Positions 14,831 to 28,980 of a DNA stretch of 64,000 nucleotides are shown here, in pieces. This DNA comes from Phoronis australis (lineage: Eukaryota > Animalia > Phoronida). The stretch spans positions 46,564-110,563 of the forward strand of contig NMRA01000882.1 of assembly GCA_002633005.1 (NCBI GenBank), read 5' to 3'. The notes beneath the pieces were generated by a model. The model saw only the letters and a program-made list of their open reading frames with translations, searched no databases and was not told the DNA's origin. The stretch's first letter is position 1; every line of letters begins with the position of its first letter. Position numbers and translations under genes: made by a program.

Positions 14831-14986
14831 CAGTGCAGAATTAAAGAGGGGCCAAGGGGCCATGCCCCCCTTACACGTTTCCAGATTTTATTGGGCAGTC
14901 CGGGGGTGCCAATATCTGACTGCAAAATCCGGGCTAATACTCTGTCCTGCCACCACCCNAACTAAACATCCTGGATCTATCCCCTG
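14831..14986. mobile_element. MITE, hAT5-like family, with a perfect 5-bp TSD
   Basis: GTAAA|cagtgcagaatt...ctggatctatcccctg|GTAAA. Interior homologous to the copies at 17375 and 41980. Confidence 0.7.
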
Positions 14987-16317
14987 GTAAAAGCTACGGA
15001 TATTTCGAGGTTTATACAAAATTACTTTGCAAATACCACATGCACTTACTGACACATGAACGGAGCCTAGAAAGTAGTTTTCGAACACAGATTCAAAACT
15101 TATCCAATCACTCTCCAGGATCGAATATTAGTTTACAAGTTGATTTTGGATGGTATTTAAACCCTTGGTTCTCTTTGGCCTGCAAAACAAATTTATTGTA
15201 CATGACATGAGTACTAATTATGAACATGTCAGGTTACCTACATGTATCATCTAATCAAAGGCTTAAGCAAACAGTACAGTTGGACTTCAGCATAACTGAA
15301 TGATATACATTCTTTTCAAGTCGTATGACAATCTAAACCTAAGAAACGAAATGGTGAGCTTATGAAATTGTTGGCAACTGCAATAAACTTCAGTTCCCAT
15401 TTTTTATCAACTTTAATTTGTTTACGAGTTTAGCATGATGGCAATGCAGAAAATTTACATAATGAGCAGCGCTGGATGTCATTCCAACCAGCAGGTGGAG
15501 CGCAGCCCAGCCATGTCACCTTATTATTGCTATATGGAGATTCAATCTGCGCAACCACGGTTAGTATTCAAATTTTAATCATATTTGTGTTTCTGCGTTT
15601 TAAAACTTACAGCAAAACGAAGAATCTCTACATTGGCTTGACTAAATGGCAACAAGAATCTGTGAGCTTTTCATTAAAGCCTACTGTTGAAGCACATTGG
15701 CTAAACTAATTAGATTTTGATCTTGTTTCAAATTCGAACCTTGATAACAGCCCTAGGCCTATTAAAACGTAGGAATCAACAACTGGTCGGACTTCAAGAT
15801 GTTCTGCAAGACCAATTGGCCGTACTTCAGAAGTAGCTGACAATAGTGCAAGCAACTTAATTGACCGGAGGGAGAAGCAAAGTCATGCAAGTCTCCATAA
15901 TATTTGATGCGCATTAATACCAGACCAAGTGACTACAATAGCACAGTTTACGAAGTCGATCCTTACGTACATGTACATGCACATGTAGACCTAAGAAAAC
16001 ATGTCCTTGACAGCTTGGGAAAGGGATCTTTTCAACGCAGCTGAACTCGATCACACGGTCAAATCCCACCCACCATAAAAATCATGACATTGAATGCTTT
16101 GAATTTTAAATAAAACGAGTTAAGTCCGAAATTTCAACTTTGAATGTCCAAAACTATGACCACGTATTAGAATTCTACAGCCAGATATAAATTCAGATGA
16201 GGTCATAGTCCCAACTTTCCAACAGGGTGTATGTTTCCAGTCCGTGGCTACTTCAGCGGCCAACGGAAACTGTGGATCAAGCTTTCTCCAGATGTTCAGC
16301 AAAATCTCAAGAACACT

Positions 16318-16557
16318 CAGTGGCAGATTAATGTTTTCAGTAAGGGGGGGGGGGTAGGATTAGAGTGAATCCGAGGCGCTTAGCACCGAGCGGAAGGAAG
16401 GTCGTGAGGAGGTTTCCCCCTCCCGTGTAAGATTGTTTGTGGTCCTTTGTAGCTGATTTTTTTTCTGGCGAATTTTTTTTCAACTTTATATTTTTGATCC
16501 TGTCCCGAGGGGGTTGGGCTTGAACCCCCGTACCCTCCCACTGTATATCCGCCTCTG
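16318..16557. mobile_element. MITE with CAGTGGC...GCCTCTG termini (related family)
   Basis: cagtggcagat ... atatccgcctctg inverted ends and G/C-run interior. Confidence 0.6.
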
Positions 16558-17366
16558 ATATTCTTGGCACGTTTATTCTTAGATTAAAGTCATATGATCC
16601 GTTTTAGACGTTTTAAAACACCGTGAATCTGCATAAAAACCATTGAAACATACTCTCTGACACTTAATTAGAACTTTTCGTAAGTATGTGTCGATCTCCT
16701 GCCTGCACATAGTGTTTCTTTTATTTTTTATTTTCTTAAAATCCGCGTGATCAAAACAACCGAATGTTGCCCATAATGCCGTGCGGTTTGACCTTTTGGC
16801 AACTCGAGACAAATAGTCAGCTGTTGCCGGTACTGCTTCGATGAAGAGAAGTTCGCCTTAACCAGGTAATTTATTTGTTTCTTAAACATTTTGAGGACGA
16901 TATTGCTCCCTGTATGAGCTGAACAGTCTAACTATTACTCTTAGAATTAGATGAAACCATTACCTGTGGGAAAATTACCTACTGAATTCGATAGTAATCG
17001 TTGTTCTCTGGTCGAGTCTGCAGTGGTACCCTAGCCAGCCAGCTAGCGGTATCAAAATACAGTCAGGTACCACTGTGTGTTTTTCTTAAATAGACCCCGA
17101 AATTCACACAGCCAGGGTAATGTATTTAGTATACAGATTTGTATCAAGGCTAGCCCTAATCCTGGGTCTATCAATGCTGTGACTGAAAAAGAGTGCAATG
17201 TTATTGTGGTTGGATAGACCCTGTTTGTCAATCTATGGTCGTGAGTTGAATTTCTACCTGCTGGCAGTTTTCAGACTTTTGCAAAACTATTCGTGGTTTT
17301 TCATTGCCATAAGAAAAGCATCGTCTATCACCAGGGACTCTATACTCTACTTTTACATTGTACTAC

Positions 17367-17793
17367 CAGGGGCACATTGGAGGATTTAAGGGGGGGGGCA
17401 GGGGGCCATGGCCCCCCTAAAATTCTCCCAGATACCATTTGGCAGTTCGGAGTGCGAATTGCTGACTAGCATATGCCCCTTGAACAAACCCCGTTTAAAG
17501 TTTATGTTTGTTTAGGAATAATGTCCACAAACCCAAAAATTTGACAGGCCCGCATACCTATACATAAGGCTGGGCGCGCGCATGTCGCAAAATTCTGGTT
17601 ATTCCTGTGCCCTGGCCCCCCTAACTCAAAATCCTGGATCCGCCCCTGGGGCAGATCCAGGATTTTGAGTTGGGGAACAGGGCAGAGTATTAGCCAGGAT
17701 TGAGTTCGCCACACATTTGCACCCCCCAACTGCGAAATGGGAGCTGGGAGAATTTTAGGGAGGCCATAGCCCCCCCCTCTAAATCCATTACTG
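17367..17793. mobile_element. Nested pair of hAT5-like MITEs: inner copy 17375-17648 inserted into the terminal repeat of the outer copy
   Basis: The outer terminus caggggca|gatccagg is split by the inner element, with GGGCA duplicated on both sides. The outer copy ends ...aaatccattactg at 17793. Confidence 0.7.
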
Positions 17794-18731
17794 ACAAGTC
17801 AGCTAGCTAGTCCACTTGAACACAACCCACCGGATCAGCGATGAAGCCTCGGATTGAATGCAAGCACACTTGGGAAGTGTAGATAGGCTGAAGCTTGTTG
17901 CGAGAAAAGTGAGAACATACGAAACCATGGTTTGGAATGGGATGCAACAAATTTGATGTCTGGTATTCAGCGAAGAAATCAGTTTCTCAAATTGCAGGAC
18001 ACTGGGAGTGGTTACATTATTACAGGACAATATACTATGTATGGGACCTCCTCAAATGCAAAATGGTATAAGCCAAAGGCAGATCAGTAGGAGCATTAAT
18101 AAATATCGAGCAGGTTACATCTTGTATTATCAGTGGTATGGTCTCGATTGGGTAAATGAAGGGCTACGGACAGGGGAAGTTTAATGACAGTGCTTGCTTT
18201 TAACTAATGCACCTTTTCTTGGACTTTGAGTGTGCGACTAGGCCCTTGCAGACTCACTTTATCAAGAACACAATCCATCAGTTTACATGGCAGAGGGCCT
18301 AAAGAGTGCTTCGAAAATCACCTATCCTCCTTGAATGTCACCTGTTACAGACTTCTAGCATCAGTATTGGCAAGTTAACACAGGAACTAAACTTAATTAT
18401 TCTGGAAACAGGTAGAACACTGAAATTTCAATTTCAGGTACTCTCACACTTTTGCGAAAATGTGTATCCTTTGGAATGCATTTATCAATGTTATCTATGT
18501 ACTGCTCATATTGGCATTTAATGTGATTATCGTGTTTTTAAAGGTTCATCGTAATGTGCATCACCACTGTACCAACAATAACAATATTCAAGCAACAGTG
18601 TTGAGTTTTGTTTATTGTTTATCTGAAATTTAAGTATAAATACCAAAATAGTCATAACAATGGATTGCCAACAGTACATTCTATAAGGTATGTATAAATA
18701 AATCCTTTTCAATAAGGTATGGAAAAATGTC

Positions 18732-18916
18732 GCAAACAGCTTGTCCCGTCAGCACGCCATGTTTTGGTCACATAACGTGACCTAATGAATATCCATCCAA
18801 AAATATGTCTGCCCCCGTCCTTGTCTAGGGCAGAAATGTTTTCGGACATACAGTACATTCATTAGGTAACGTGATGTGTCAAAAAGGATGGCGTGCTGAC
18901 GGGACAAACTGTTCGC
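18732..18916. mobile_element. Foldback/palindromic MITE (~185 bp)
   Basis: gcaaacagcttgtcccgtcagcacgccat...cctaatgaat pairs with attcattagg...atggcgtgctgacgggacaaactgttcgc. Flanked by taaggtat (18713-18720) and caaggtat (18923-18930). Confidence 0.7.
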
Positions 18917-21900
18917 ATTCTACAAGGTATTCAGCTTTTGAAGTACACTGTCTAGTTAATGAAGAATTTTTTTCTCTTATACATGGCTACGAAGAAAATT
19001 TTATTTTTATTTTTATTTTTGATTCAGGACTTTCGGTTTCTTCGTCATAAATGAGGAACTGGCAACAGTCTACTGTAATGAATGTGCTGGCTTTCGACAA
19101 AGGTACCAACTACAACAAAAGGCGCCTACACCAACATATTTTCGCAATGCAAGGGTTGTGTCATAAATCGTACTGCTTTATATACTTTGCTTGCGGTAAA
19201 ACAAATTATGTTACTTACTCAGGCACCATATTTTATGTGTCTAATGCACATATTTGTTTTGTCTACTACTTAGTACTCAGATTAATGTGATTTCTCTGTG
19301 GTACTAATATACAAAATTTATGCCCAATAGCATTTCTTAGTTTCATACTGAAAATCGGATGAAGACTTAAATATAATGAAACAGAACTACATGTAGTAAA
19401 GTTGCTACCAACCAACACTCCATCAACAATAAAGTAGCTTTTAATTTATACCATTTTCCGCATCAGACCTCCTATCAGCAAGTTTCTTTATCCAGGCGAG
19501 GATGGGTTTCTTGGCTTGTAACAAATTCACGTACAGAAAATGACAATATGTGTCAAGGCAACTTGATAAACTGAGGTTTGAGCTATAACAAACTGTCAGT
19601 TCTTTCTAATTACAGGAATCACTAGTACTTTGAGTAAGAAATGGGCCAAGACAAGAAATAGCCAAAATCAAGAGTTGGTTTAATTGAAGGAAGGCAGGTT
19701 TATAGCAGCTTTAACAGCAATGGCATAATCAAATTAACGAACAAAATGGATTTTCACTGCCGAAGTTTAACCTGTATAACATCAAATGCATTTCACTGCA
19801 GTAATTCTCAACACAACAGAAATGTAAATGCAAACAAGAGTTGCTGCATGACATGTAATTAATCGAAATGTGTTTGAAGTCATGGACACTTTTATTTTAA
19901 TTACGTAGTCAATTCGCACTACCACGTGGATCAACAGAAGCAGATGATGATGGCTGATAGACTCAACATGAACCAAGTTACAAGAGCACTTCAATTAAAA
20001 ATCAGGTACTGTATCACAGTTTTGGAGTCAAATGCAGGCAAACAGTGGTCAAGGATTGTTGGTTTACTTATATAAAAAATAAAATGTCAGACTTTTATGC
20101 TGCACGTTAAATGAGTAAGATCAAAAATATAGTCGTGTCCTTTTGTGTTGACAACAGTCTGTATCCACGTCAAGCTACTATGCCAAGGTAACTTTAAAAT
20201 TAGTGTCAAATGTTCACTGAAGCAGTGATAGTTCTTCTGATAGATCAAATAACATTTGTTGTCATTGCAAAGCCATTGGTCGTCAAGGCCGTGAACTGGG
20301 TGGCCCCTGGAAGTCATATGTCAAGTTTGTGCACGCCTTGTTTTTCTCTCAAGCCTCCGCTAATTATGGACACCGGTGACACTGGAGTATAGACCTTTCT
20401 TATCCCTTGACAGCAGTTCTCTTGGATTTCTCACTGAAGTAGCTATTGAGCCTGTAAGTGTAAAATATTGTGAAAGTTAAAATATAATTGAGCCCTGAAA
20501 CACTAAAACCAAAGTTACAGTGCAAAGAAAACCACCATTGGGTACAAGTAATGATAACTGTATCTATACCACCAACTGAATGCTAGTATCAACAAGTGTG
20601 AGAGGTTGCATGTTAGAAAGATGGTGCAAGAACTAATGCACGTATTGCCATTTGACTCTGTATAAATCTTCATCGCATCATAACTTTTGATGGCAATTGC
20701 AAAACACTTTGTGGTTTAGGTGGATCCTAGAGTTCTAAGACAAGAGATTGAACTCATGGCAACATGGTTATGTCCCAAGTGCTACTGAGCAGCCGGTCAT
20801 ATTATCATCGTCTTTTAACAAGCAAAAAGAAACCTACATTGAGAGATAATAGAGTTGCATTTTCACAGAAAATTTTCTGTGGATATAAACTCTGCTATCC
20901 GCGCAACATAACTTTTGATTTTAACTACTTTCATCATTCAGATGAGAAATAGGTTTTGGTCTTGCAAAGAACTGCCAGTTCATTATGGTTGTGACCATTT
21001 CAGGTGAATGAAATGGCATGCTGTTACACGTCAACCTATAGAAACTCTCAAGTAGTAACAGATTGCTGGAGATTTTCAAGCCCAAAATTCACACCTATTT
21101 ATATCAAGGAACAATTCGAGGTCAATATCATACTAATGGTACATGGTCTAAATGAACAGTTGGTTTTCGTGACATAAGGCATGCCTATATCTACTTTAAA
21201 TTCCAATACAGCACAGAGCCTTCACAAGAGCAGACACAAACCTTTGATCCAGATTGTGATAATGCAGGTGACAAAGAAGATAAGGACAAGAGCGAACAAC
21301 AGCTCTGAATCCCTGAAAGATGACAATAGTGGCATTTGTAAGAAGACATTCAGTTTAAAATTTATTCTGGGGCCTCTACACTGAAAACTCAGACGTGTAT
21401 ATATGAATCTGAAACAGTGACATTGAATCGACAGATGGAATCGTAGAAGGGCAAATTTTCAAAATAAGGTGTTTAGAAAGCGTAATAGCTCCCCATACCA
21501 AACATGATGCACAAAATTTCAACCAGCAGCTGAAGTTAATTTGCATTTATACTACAGCTGTAAGCGAACTGAAAATTTTCACATGCAAATAAGTTACATC
21601 ACAAATGTTCTTTGCTCAACTGGATATTATCCAAACACAGATACATTAGAATAAAAACATCACATTGAAGAAGGGTTTACAACCTACTATAAATAACTCA
21701 AATGAAACAGTGTTTCGTGCATTTCAATGTGTATTTTCATGTTTTAATATGGAACAGCAGTGACACCATCATCTGCGAAGTGCACTCATCCTTCAAAAAT
21801 ATCTCTAACATTTGTCTGGTAAGCTGCTTGGCTGTATTCATAAGTTTATGTGAAAAAGTCTAGGTCCAAGCATTTTTTTAGTAAAAAAGCTCGCTACAGA

Positions 21901-24800
21901 GGTTTAGTTTAAAAACGCAGATGTAAACGTTTTGATCTATGTATTTTTGTGTGGGGAGTTGCTGGTGCACTGCAAGGTGGTAGGGGTAATGCATTGCCGG
22001 AATCACAGACATCCCGAAATATTGGGAACCCCATTTTGGACACCCAATTTTTGAAATCCTGGGTGAATCCCTTAATAGAAATTGAACAGGCTTTAAACAA
22101 GGCATGTTTAAATACTGTAAACAAAACAGTGATATCTTTTATTAGGATTGTGAGTTGTGAGTTGAATAAAATGTGAAATGTCACTCCATGAGATTTTAAG
22201 GAAATGAATGAAACAATACCTTAAGGTTTCTTCAGGTGATGACCAGTATGGGACTCTTGCAAATAAGTTTGTAGAGGGCGTTATCTAAACCACTCATTCT
22301 GAAAGTACAGATGATGAAGGAGGGTTTAAATACAATTTGACTCATTTTACCAGGAGAAATCACAAGATTTAAGAATGTACTTTCAGTCAATTTGTCACAC
22401 CTTTATGCTTAAAACAGCTTTGATTTAATTACCAGAAGGCAAAATGTGTAGCTGAGATAGCATTATTCTAAACTGACAGCGACTTTTAAGTCTCTTAAAA
22501 GAGACTTATAATTGATGAAAATTCCGGCTTACGTTAAAGCTCATAGCCTAATCTCTGTATTCGATACACAACTCGAAAATTGAGCAATTCCATGTCATGA
22601 GCAAACCTAAGATTTGCACTCCAATCACGTGATTTGACTGGCTAATTTTTTGAGCTTCTGAGTTCAAGTAATGTGCCTGGACGACGCAGATTGCAAGTAA
22701 CCATTTTCTCCTAACCTGCACAGTCTAAGATGAAAATACAGAGAAAAGTGGCCAGCAATAACTGAATAAATTTAGCACACCTATTCTTTATATTAAAACT
22801 TAATGGAATTAGAAAGATCGACTTACGGTTACACGGGCCCCTGTAGGTGTTCAATATTCTCCTAACTGGAAAAAATAAAGCAAAACTAAGACATTCCAAG
22901 TATCGACCAAGACTTACCCCCACCCCCACTGTACTCAGTATTACCAACACTGATATGAGCTTTCTATTAAAGCTATTGGCGTGGCCAGGTGAAGTCGTTA
23001 ACACATCCTACAAACATCTCCGCCACAATTCTTTATACAACCTGATACATTGTTCTGCTAGTTGAAAACTATCTAAAAACCCTTCTGTACTCGGTCTGAG
23101 CAGAGTGTCGACACGAACTGCGAAGTTAATTGAACCGTTTTTACCGGCTTCGGATCTCTAAATAAACTGTAGCTGACGATGTTGTCATCGAAGTTATTGC
23201 AACGTAGTGCAGATGCAACACTTGTACACCAGGATTTTTTAATGTTATAATTTGGGAAAATTGACATGTGCTAATGGACACAAAAACCTGTTTCTAATTC
23301 GATTAGTGACTATTTGAGCAAAATATGAGCAGCTTTTAGCGACGACACTACCCTGTAATTGTCGATGATAGCAGTGGCCACTGACAATAACTTCTTCGAT
23401 GTAACCGAAGTGTATCATTCATACTACCGTACATCACAGCATCGACGCTCCGCTTGTCTACTGCGAAGTCAACTGGCACACTTAACTTCGATTCAGGACC
23501 GAAGTTAACCCTCCGTACTGATTGTAACTCCCCAAAACATCGCCATGTTGACGTTAAAATGAAAGGGCCTTGGCAGTTTTAACTACCTGTTAAAACACTA
23601 ACACGGTGTGACTAGTCCGGGTCAGCGTGAGTACTACTAGAAGTATTACTCACTATTAGAACAAAAACTGAACAGCTGATCGAATTGAGGCTCTTCAAAA
23701 TGATTCGGGTCCGACGTATGCTGACTGAGATCAGTTACCCATCAGTGAATGCTCTAACCGTGTATACATGTACGAGTCATTGAACATTTCACAAACAGCA
23801 CACTTACTAACTTATACGTGTCCATCGAAAGCCTGGTATTGTTCATTTGTTGTAATGTAAAAACCTTCACGAGTTTGAACATTCCGTCTTGTCCTCATTG
23901 TTCCTCACCTATCGAACAAGTCGCTTACAGGTACACGGTTTGTTGCAATGCCGCTTTTTGTACTGGCTAACACGTCTTTTTCTGAATCTCGTAGAGCAGG
24001 ACGACTGCATTTCGCCTCCGGAAGTACACTACGTAGACCTACTAGACTCCGTCAATTGTATACATTCTGCTGACCTCTAGATCTGTGGCTGCGCATGCGT
24101 TGTTTTAATGTTTATGATATGTTAAGCATCCCGGATACTAATTTTATGTACACATTTCATTAGTTTGTAGTATTTACAACGATTTTTTTCAAAATTTTTG
24201 CACGAGTTGAAAGTTAATAACTTTTTGAACTCCATGTCACATCAAAAAACCGGCTTAAACGGCGTTAAGATGATTTTTTTCTTCTATAACTCGGACCATT
24301 GACCTTAAGGGTTGGAAAAAAACAAGCCTCAAATATTTTGCTTAGCTACTAGGTGTTAGAGCAGTCTCGGTATGGTCATAGCAGCCTATGCTACACTAGT
24401 ATTTTGTGCTTACCATTTCAAAGATGTCTGGGTCCTGAATTTGTTTAGGGTTCTCAAACCAAACAGGAACTTTGTGCCAGCTGTGACACTGCTGAATTAT
24501 TATACTGAGTGCATGAACTAATGAAACAACAGTAGACTGTCAAAACGTTCTGTCCGTTATTACATTCACGTCTAGTATTCTACTAACACTTCTGAGCACA
24601 TTTTCTGGAATTTAGACACATGACCTAACACCTGTCGTGATCAAGTCAACTAAGGCTACTGATGTAATAAACTACTAGATCCAATTTGAGTGCAAGAAAA
24701 AGCTCATTGCTGATAATTTTTTCAGCCAACAACTTAAGTTTCCAGCGAAAAACTTAAGTCCATTTTTGTAAGGGAGGGCATAACGCTTAATCGTCGTGAG

Positions 24801-24840
24801 AGACCGTCCCGAGTTGGTATGGTGCAACTCGGGACGGTCT
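24801..24840. repeat. Perfect 16-bp inverted repeat with an 8-nt loop
   Basis: agaccgtcccgagttg-gtatggtg-caactcgggacggtct. Confidence 0.9.
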
Positions 24841-27800
24841 GGGGTCTACAGAAAACCATAGTTCAACTGTGAGTCTACACCAATGTGATAAACGAGAGTA
24901 GTTCTACTTGCTGCGTCAGCTGCTGGTATGCTTATCTCTTTTATGATACACAATGTGCGACTGGGCAAAGCGTTTTCAAAATAATGTGGATAAATCAGTG
25001 GAGTGTGAGACCCCTGAGGTCCCTGTCAAGTCCTCACGGCAATTTTACGTTATGGGATTGTTCTAAAACGCCTAGACCCCCTTACTTCACGACCCTTTCG
25101 ATACACGACCCCTTCGACAAACAGCCGACGACCCGGCACGACCAACCCTCGACCACAACCTCCTCGATCCAGCCCGGCGACACAAGTTCGACTAGATCTA
25201 AGCATGAAACAAGCGCTGACTTGCACTACTAACGTGTCGACAATCGATTCTGCAATTTTAACTTTTTGTGACAAAACAGAACTAATCTGTCAGAGTCAGT
25301 GTCACCAAAATTGAAAGCTTCATTTTTTACTTTGGTTAAGAAAAATTGAGTAAGTGCTGAGCCTAGTACCTTGTAGTTCGAAGTTGTCAGTTCCGTTTAA
25401 CAGTATTCAAAGAAAGAGCCACGTGCAGCTTTCATTTGTCAGAAAACAATGTGCAGGATTATAACGTACAGACTCCCTCCCAAACAATAGGAATTCCATG
25501 TCCACGTTCATTCAAACGGAGACTAACCCAAACACATGTACAACACGTGGTGCATTTTTCTATGTACAGATAACTAATAGCATAGAACTCAAATACCGGA
25601 ATGCCAACTCCCTCATGTTGCCCATGTATTCTAGTGTAAGACCTTGAATTTTCACCAGGCTTTCCGTGATACGTGTATTTTGCAATGTGGCAATACGGCT
25701 GTATGGTCGATTCACATTTGACCGAGTCTTGCAGTTGTCAAATCAATTACACAAGCTTCATTGCTTCAGGTTGTCATTTTTGTTCCTGACAGAATATTCA
25801 AGCGGAACTTCCGGCACGGTTCTACGTTCAGATAATCAGCGGTTTCTGGGCAAAACTACGTGTAGTTTTTATGCTCGTCAATTACACTGCTACATTGTTC
25901 GTTTTTTGCACGCACTCGTGGCCCTGGTTAATAGTCTCGGCTCGGATTTTATTGAGGTCCAACCGCGGACACATTTTCAAAAACCTATCAAAGTATATCT
26001 TATGAGTTGTTCAGGAAAAAAATTTGGTGTTAAAATCATGTTACAGAATTTTACAGAATGAAGTAAAATTTGGTTTCTGAGTGTTTATTATGCAATTACT
26101 GTATAAATGAAAAGTTTAGGCCCTACAAGTGCAGATGTTATAACCTTCGGAGAACTACTCAGTCGTGTATGCGTATCTAAATGTGACGCGTGCGGGTTCG
26201 TAAGCTTGTGTGCGTATGTACGTACATGTACACATACTATTACTGTTTTTTGCAGTTCCTTGGTTTATTCAGTTTTACAATGTTCGTCTGCTGCACAGAT
26301 ATTTTATATTGATCTCCGAGAAAAAACATGATCTGTAGTTCGTACCTATAACCGTGGAATGAAATAAAAAAGTGAAACCTTAGCTTGTAAAATAATCCAA
26401 TACAATAGCTATCGTACAGTAGTGTGATTACGCACACGCCATTGCATTATTTCTCCGATAGACTAAAATAATTAAGCAAGATAATTTATAACTTTTTGCA
26501 GCACCCGCAATTTCCCACTCCACTCAAAAAAAGCCATCTGGTGCTTTGTGTGTAGCGACGAACACTTCACTCTTCGGTTCTGGCATTGGCCCAGAAATGT
26601 CCTGGTGTCACACGCGGTAGACATTATAAGCATCAAAAATTTCAGCTTGAATGAGTTTACTTCTAAATTTCTATGAGAATTCCAAAGTAATGGACTTTGC
26701 ACAGTATAACTGAAAGCTACACAAACGATATCGGCCCATTTTCACATTTTTGTAAATGTCTGTGCGTCTTGCATTTTTAAAGTAAGAATGTAATTGTATT
26801 GGACGACACTAACGGCCCAACTAATGAACAAGCATAATGATGTATAACATTCAATGAAAGCCTTACTAAATTTCTTTCCTGAAAAAGTGAGCAATTTATG
26901 TTCTAAAAATCTTTTTTATATATCCAGTAGAGCTCCTCAGAATCACTGAGACTATTTCCTGCCGATTTAATCACATATACAAAACATCGTATTTCTTTTG
27001 TTGTTTTGTTGTCATTCAACCATAAATTGATTGACGATACAAATTACTTAGTTTACTAATTAGTTAAGTAAATCTGTCTATTAGTTCACGAAGAATTTCA
27101 TTGTTACACTGTGTTGATTTTTGCATTTTGATAACACTCTTGACTTTTTGAAATGAAATTATTTTTAACCTTGTCAGGTATGGAGAATGATAACTTATGA
27201 AGAAATTTAATGTTTTGTTTTGCTATAATCGTACACCATCACGAGGTGTTGAAGGGATGACTAATGTCATGACACATGTGCAGTTGGTACAAAAAAAGCT
27301 AAGTGGCAGTAAAAAGGTGACACTAATCTCGTTAACCTGGTGTCGCAGTAGAGCTCAGGTGGTGATTAACCATGTGGATAATTTCAAACATAATGTATTG
27401 CATTTTAATTTCTTTATACTACGCCTACCAGAAGAAGTACACATGGCCGGATTCCTGAATCGCGTAATCGCAGATGAACCTTTGTTTGACAATGTTAGGG
27501 CCGATTAAACCGCAAAATACTCTTAACAGAAAGACGTTATTTGTTCCAAAGTCTTGGGTGACAAGAATTTTAAACGTTCTTTGTTCGTACTAAACAAACG
27601 TTCCAACATAGTAAGAAGAAAGTAATAATTGGAAAATCACGCACCCAAATGGTGAGAACCCGACAAAACCGAAACAAACTAATGCAAACTATTCCAGCAC
27701 GGTAAAAGCTTAGCCGAGGGTCATCGCAATTGTCCTTCCAGTTGTCTAAACTCCATTTGCAAGTGACAATCCATCACCAAAAAGTTTGTCGTTATCTGAC

Positions 27801-28980
27801 TGAATTCGAAATTATGAGTTTTTTCGAGGAATCTCAACTGCTTGAAATGTAAGATGGGAGCTGGTCACAGAAGGCGATTCTCGGTATATGAATGTCTGAA
27901 AATCACGAACGGGAAAATTCATGCATATACGGTCGAACCACGGAATGCGAGAATACAAGGGACGACAATTCGTAAACAATCTTTCTCGAACCTTTGGTTG
28001 AAGTTTTCTTTTAAATACAGGTGTTGCACTCACGAGAGTATGCAGACACAGGCGGAAGGATCTCTACCACCACCGCATTCCCTTTGCCTACCGTGGAAAA
28101 TAAACAAATGAAATGGAGAGAAGAACACCGGTGAAAAGTAGATCTTTGACACCCGCACACGAGCTCACATATCTCCGCACTTGGGTGTCAGGTAGTCTCA
28201 CCGCCATCCTCAGTGTTCATTAAATCATCTAATCCCGGAGCACCACAATTTCCCTTGTCTACTGGTGGAAGCCAAGGTCAACATAGCGCTTAGAAAAATC
28301 GCAACCATGACTGCGTTCAGAACAGCAAGGCTCTCACGAGAAAGACTCTAGGGTGATCACGTATTTCGTTAGTAATGCATGTCCAGCGTGCATTTCAGGA
28401 TTACATCTCCGACGGGCTTCACGTTAAATCATGTATGGCATTGGCGAAGTTACGAATCTTAACATTCACAACAAAGTGTATTTCCCACACGTATTACGGG
28501 TCCCCTGCCAAGCTGGACAATGAACATCATAAAAGCTAGAAACTAATATATTCCCAAAATAACATTACATTCATGTGAAAAACATACGCAAAGAGTGAAA
28601 CACTTTGAAATATTAGCAAAGGCAATCAGTGGCCGTAAAGGTATTCCGAGTGGCTTGAAATGACCTACCAAAGGCGATAGTCAAAATGATAAAATGTACA
28701 CATACAACACCAAAGGGTATTCAAAACTCATATTTACCGAACAGTTACTCCAAATTCACTGAAACGACTACTGGTGTTCAAATACAGCCACACAATATCA
28801 AGGTCACCTAGCGGATCTAAAGAAAAGAGGTTCATGTCACACTCTAGTTTGAACATATTACACAAAGTAAATAGTACGATCGAAAGCTTATGTTAGTGTT
28901 GTCAAAGGAGCGACTGCGTAAAATATTTGTTCTACTGTCATCCACACATTTAAATGAACATAAAGGACATGTTGTAGTTG

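Noticed and set aside
15488-15501. CTCF-like motif CCAGCAGGTGGAGC (similar ones near 33103 and 59540)
   Set aside because: Short degenerate matches cannot be supported without binding data.
22236-22302. C/D snoRNA-like GTGATGA...CTGA
   Set aside because: No proper terminal stem outside the boxes and no rRNA-complementary guide that I recognise.
23073-23267. Fourth THAP-like ORF (C..CNN...SLFRDP)
   Set aside because: Lacks FP, W and CxxHF, and the Cys spacing is wrong.
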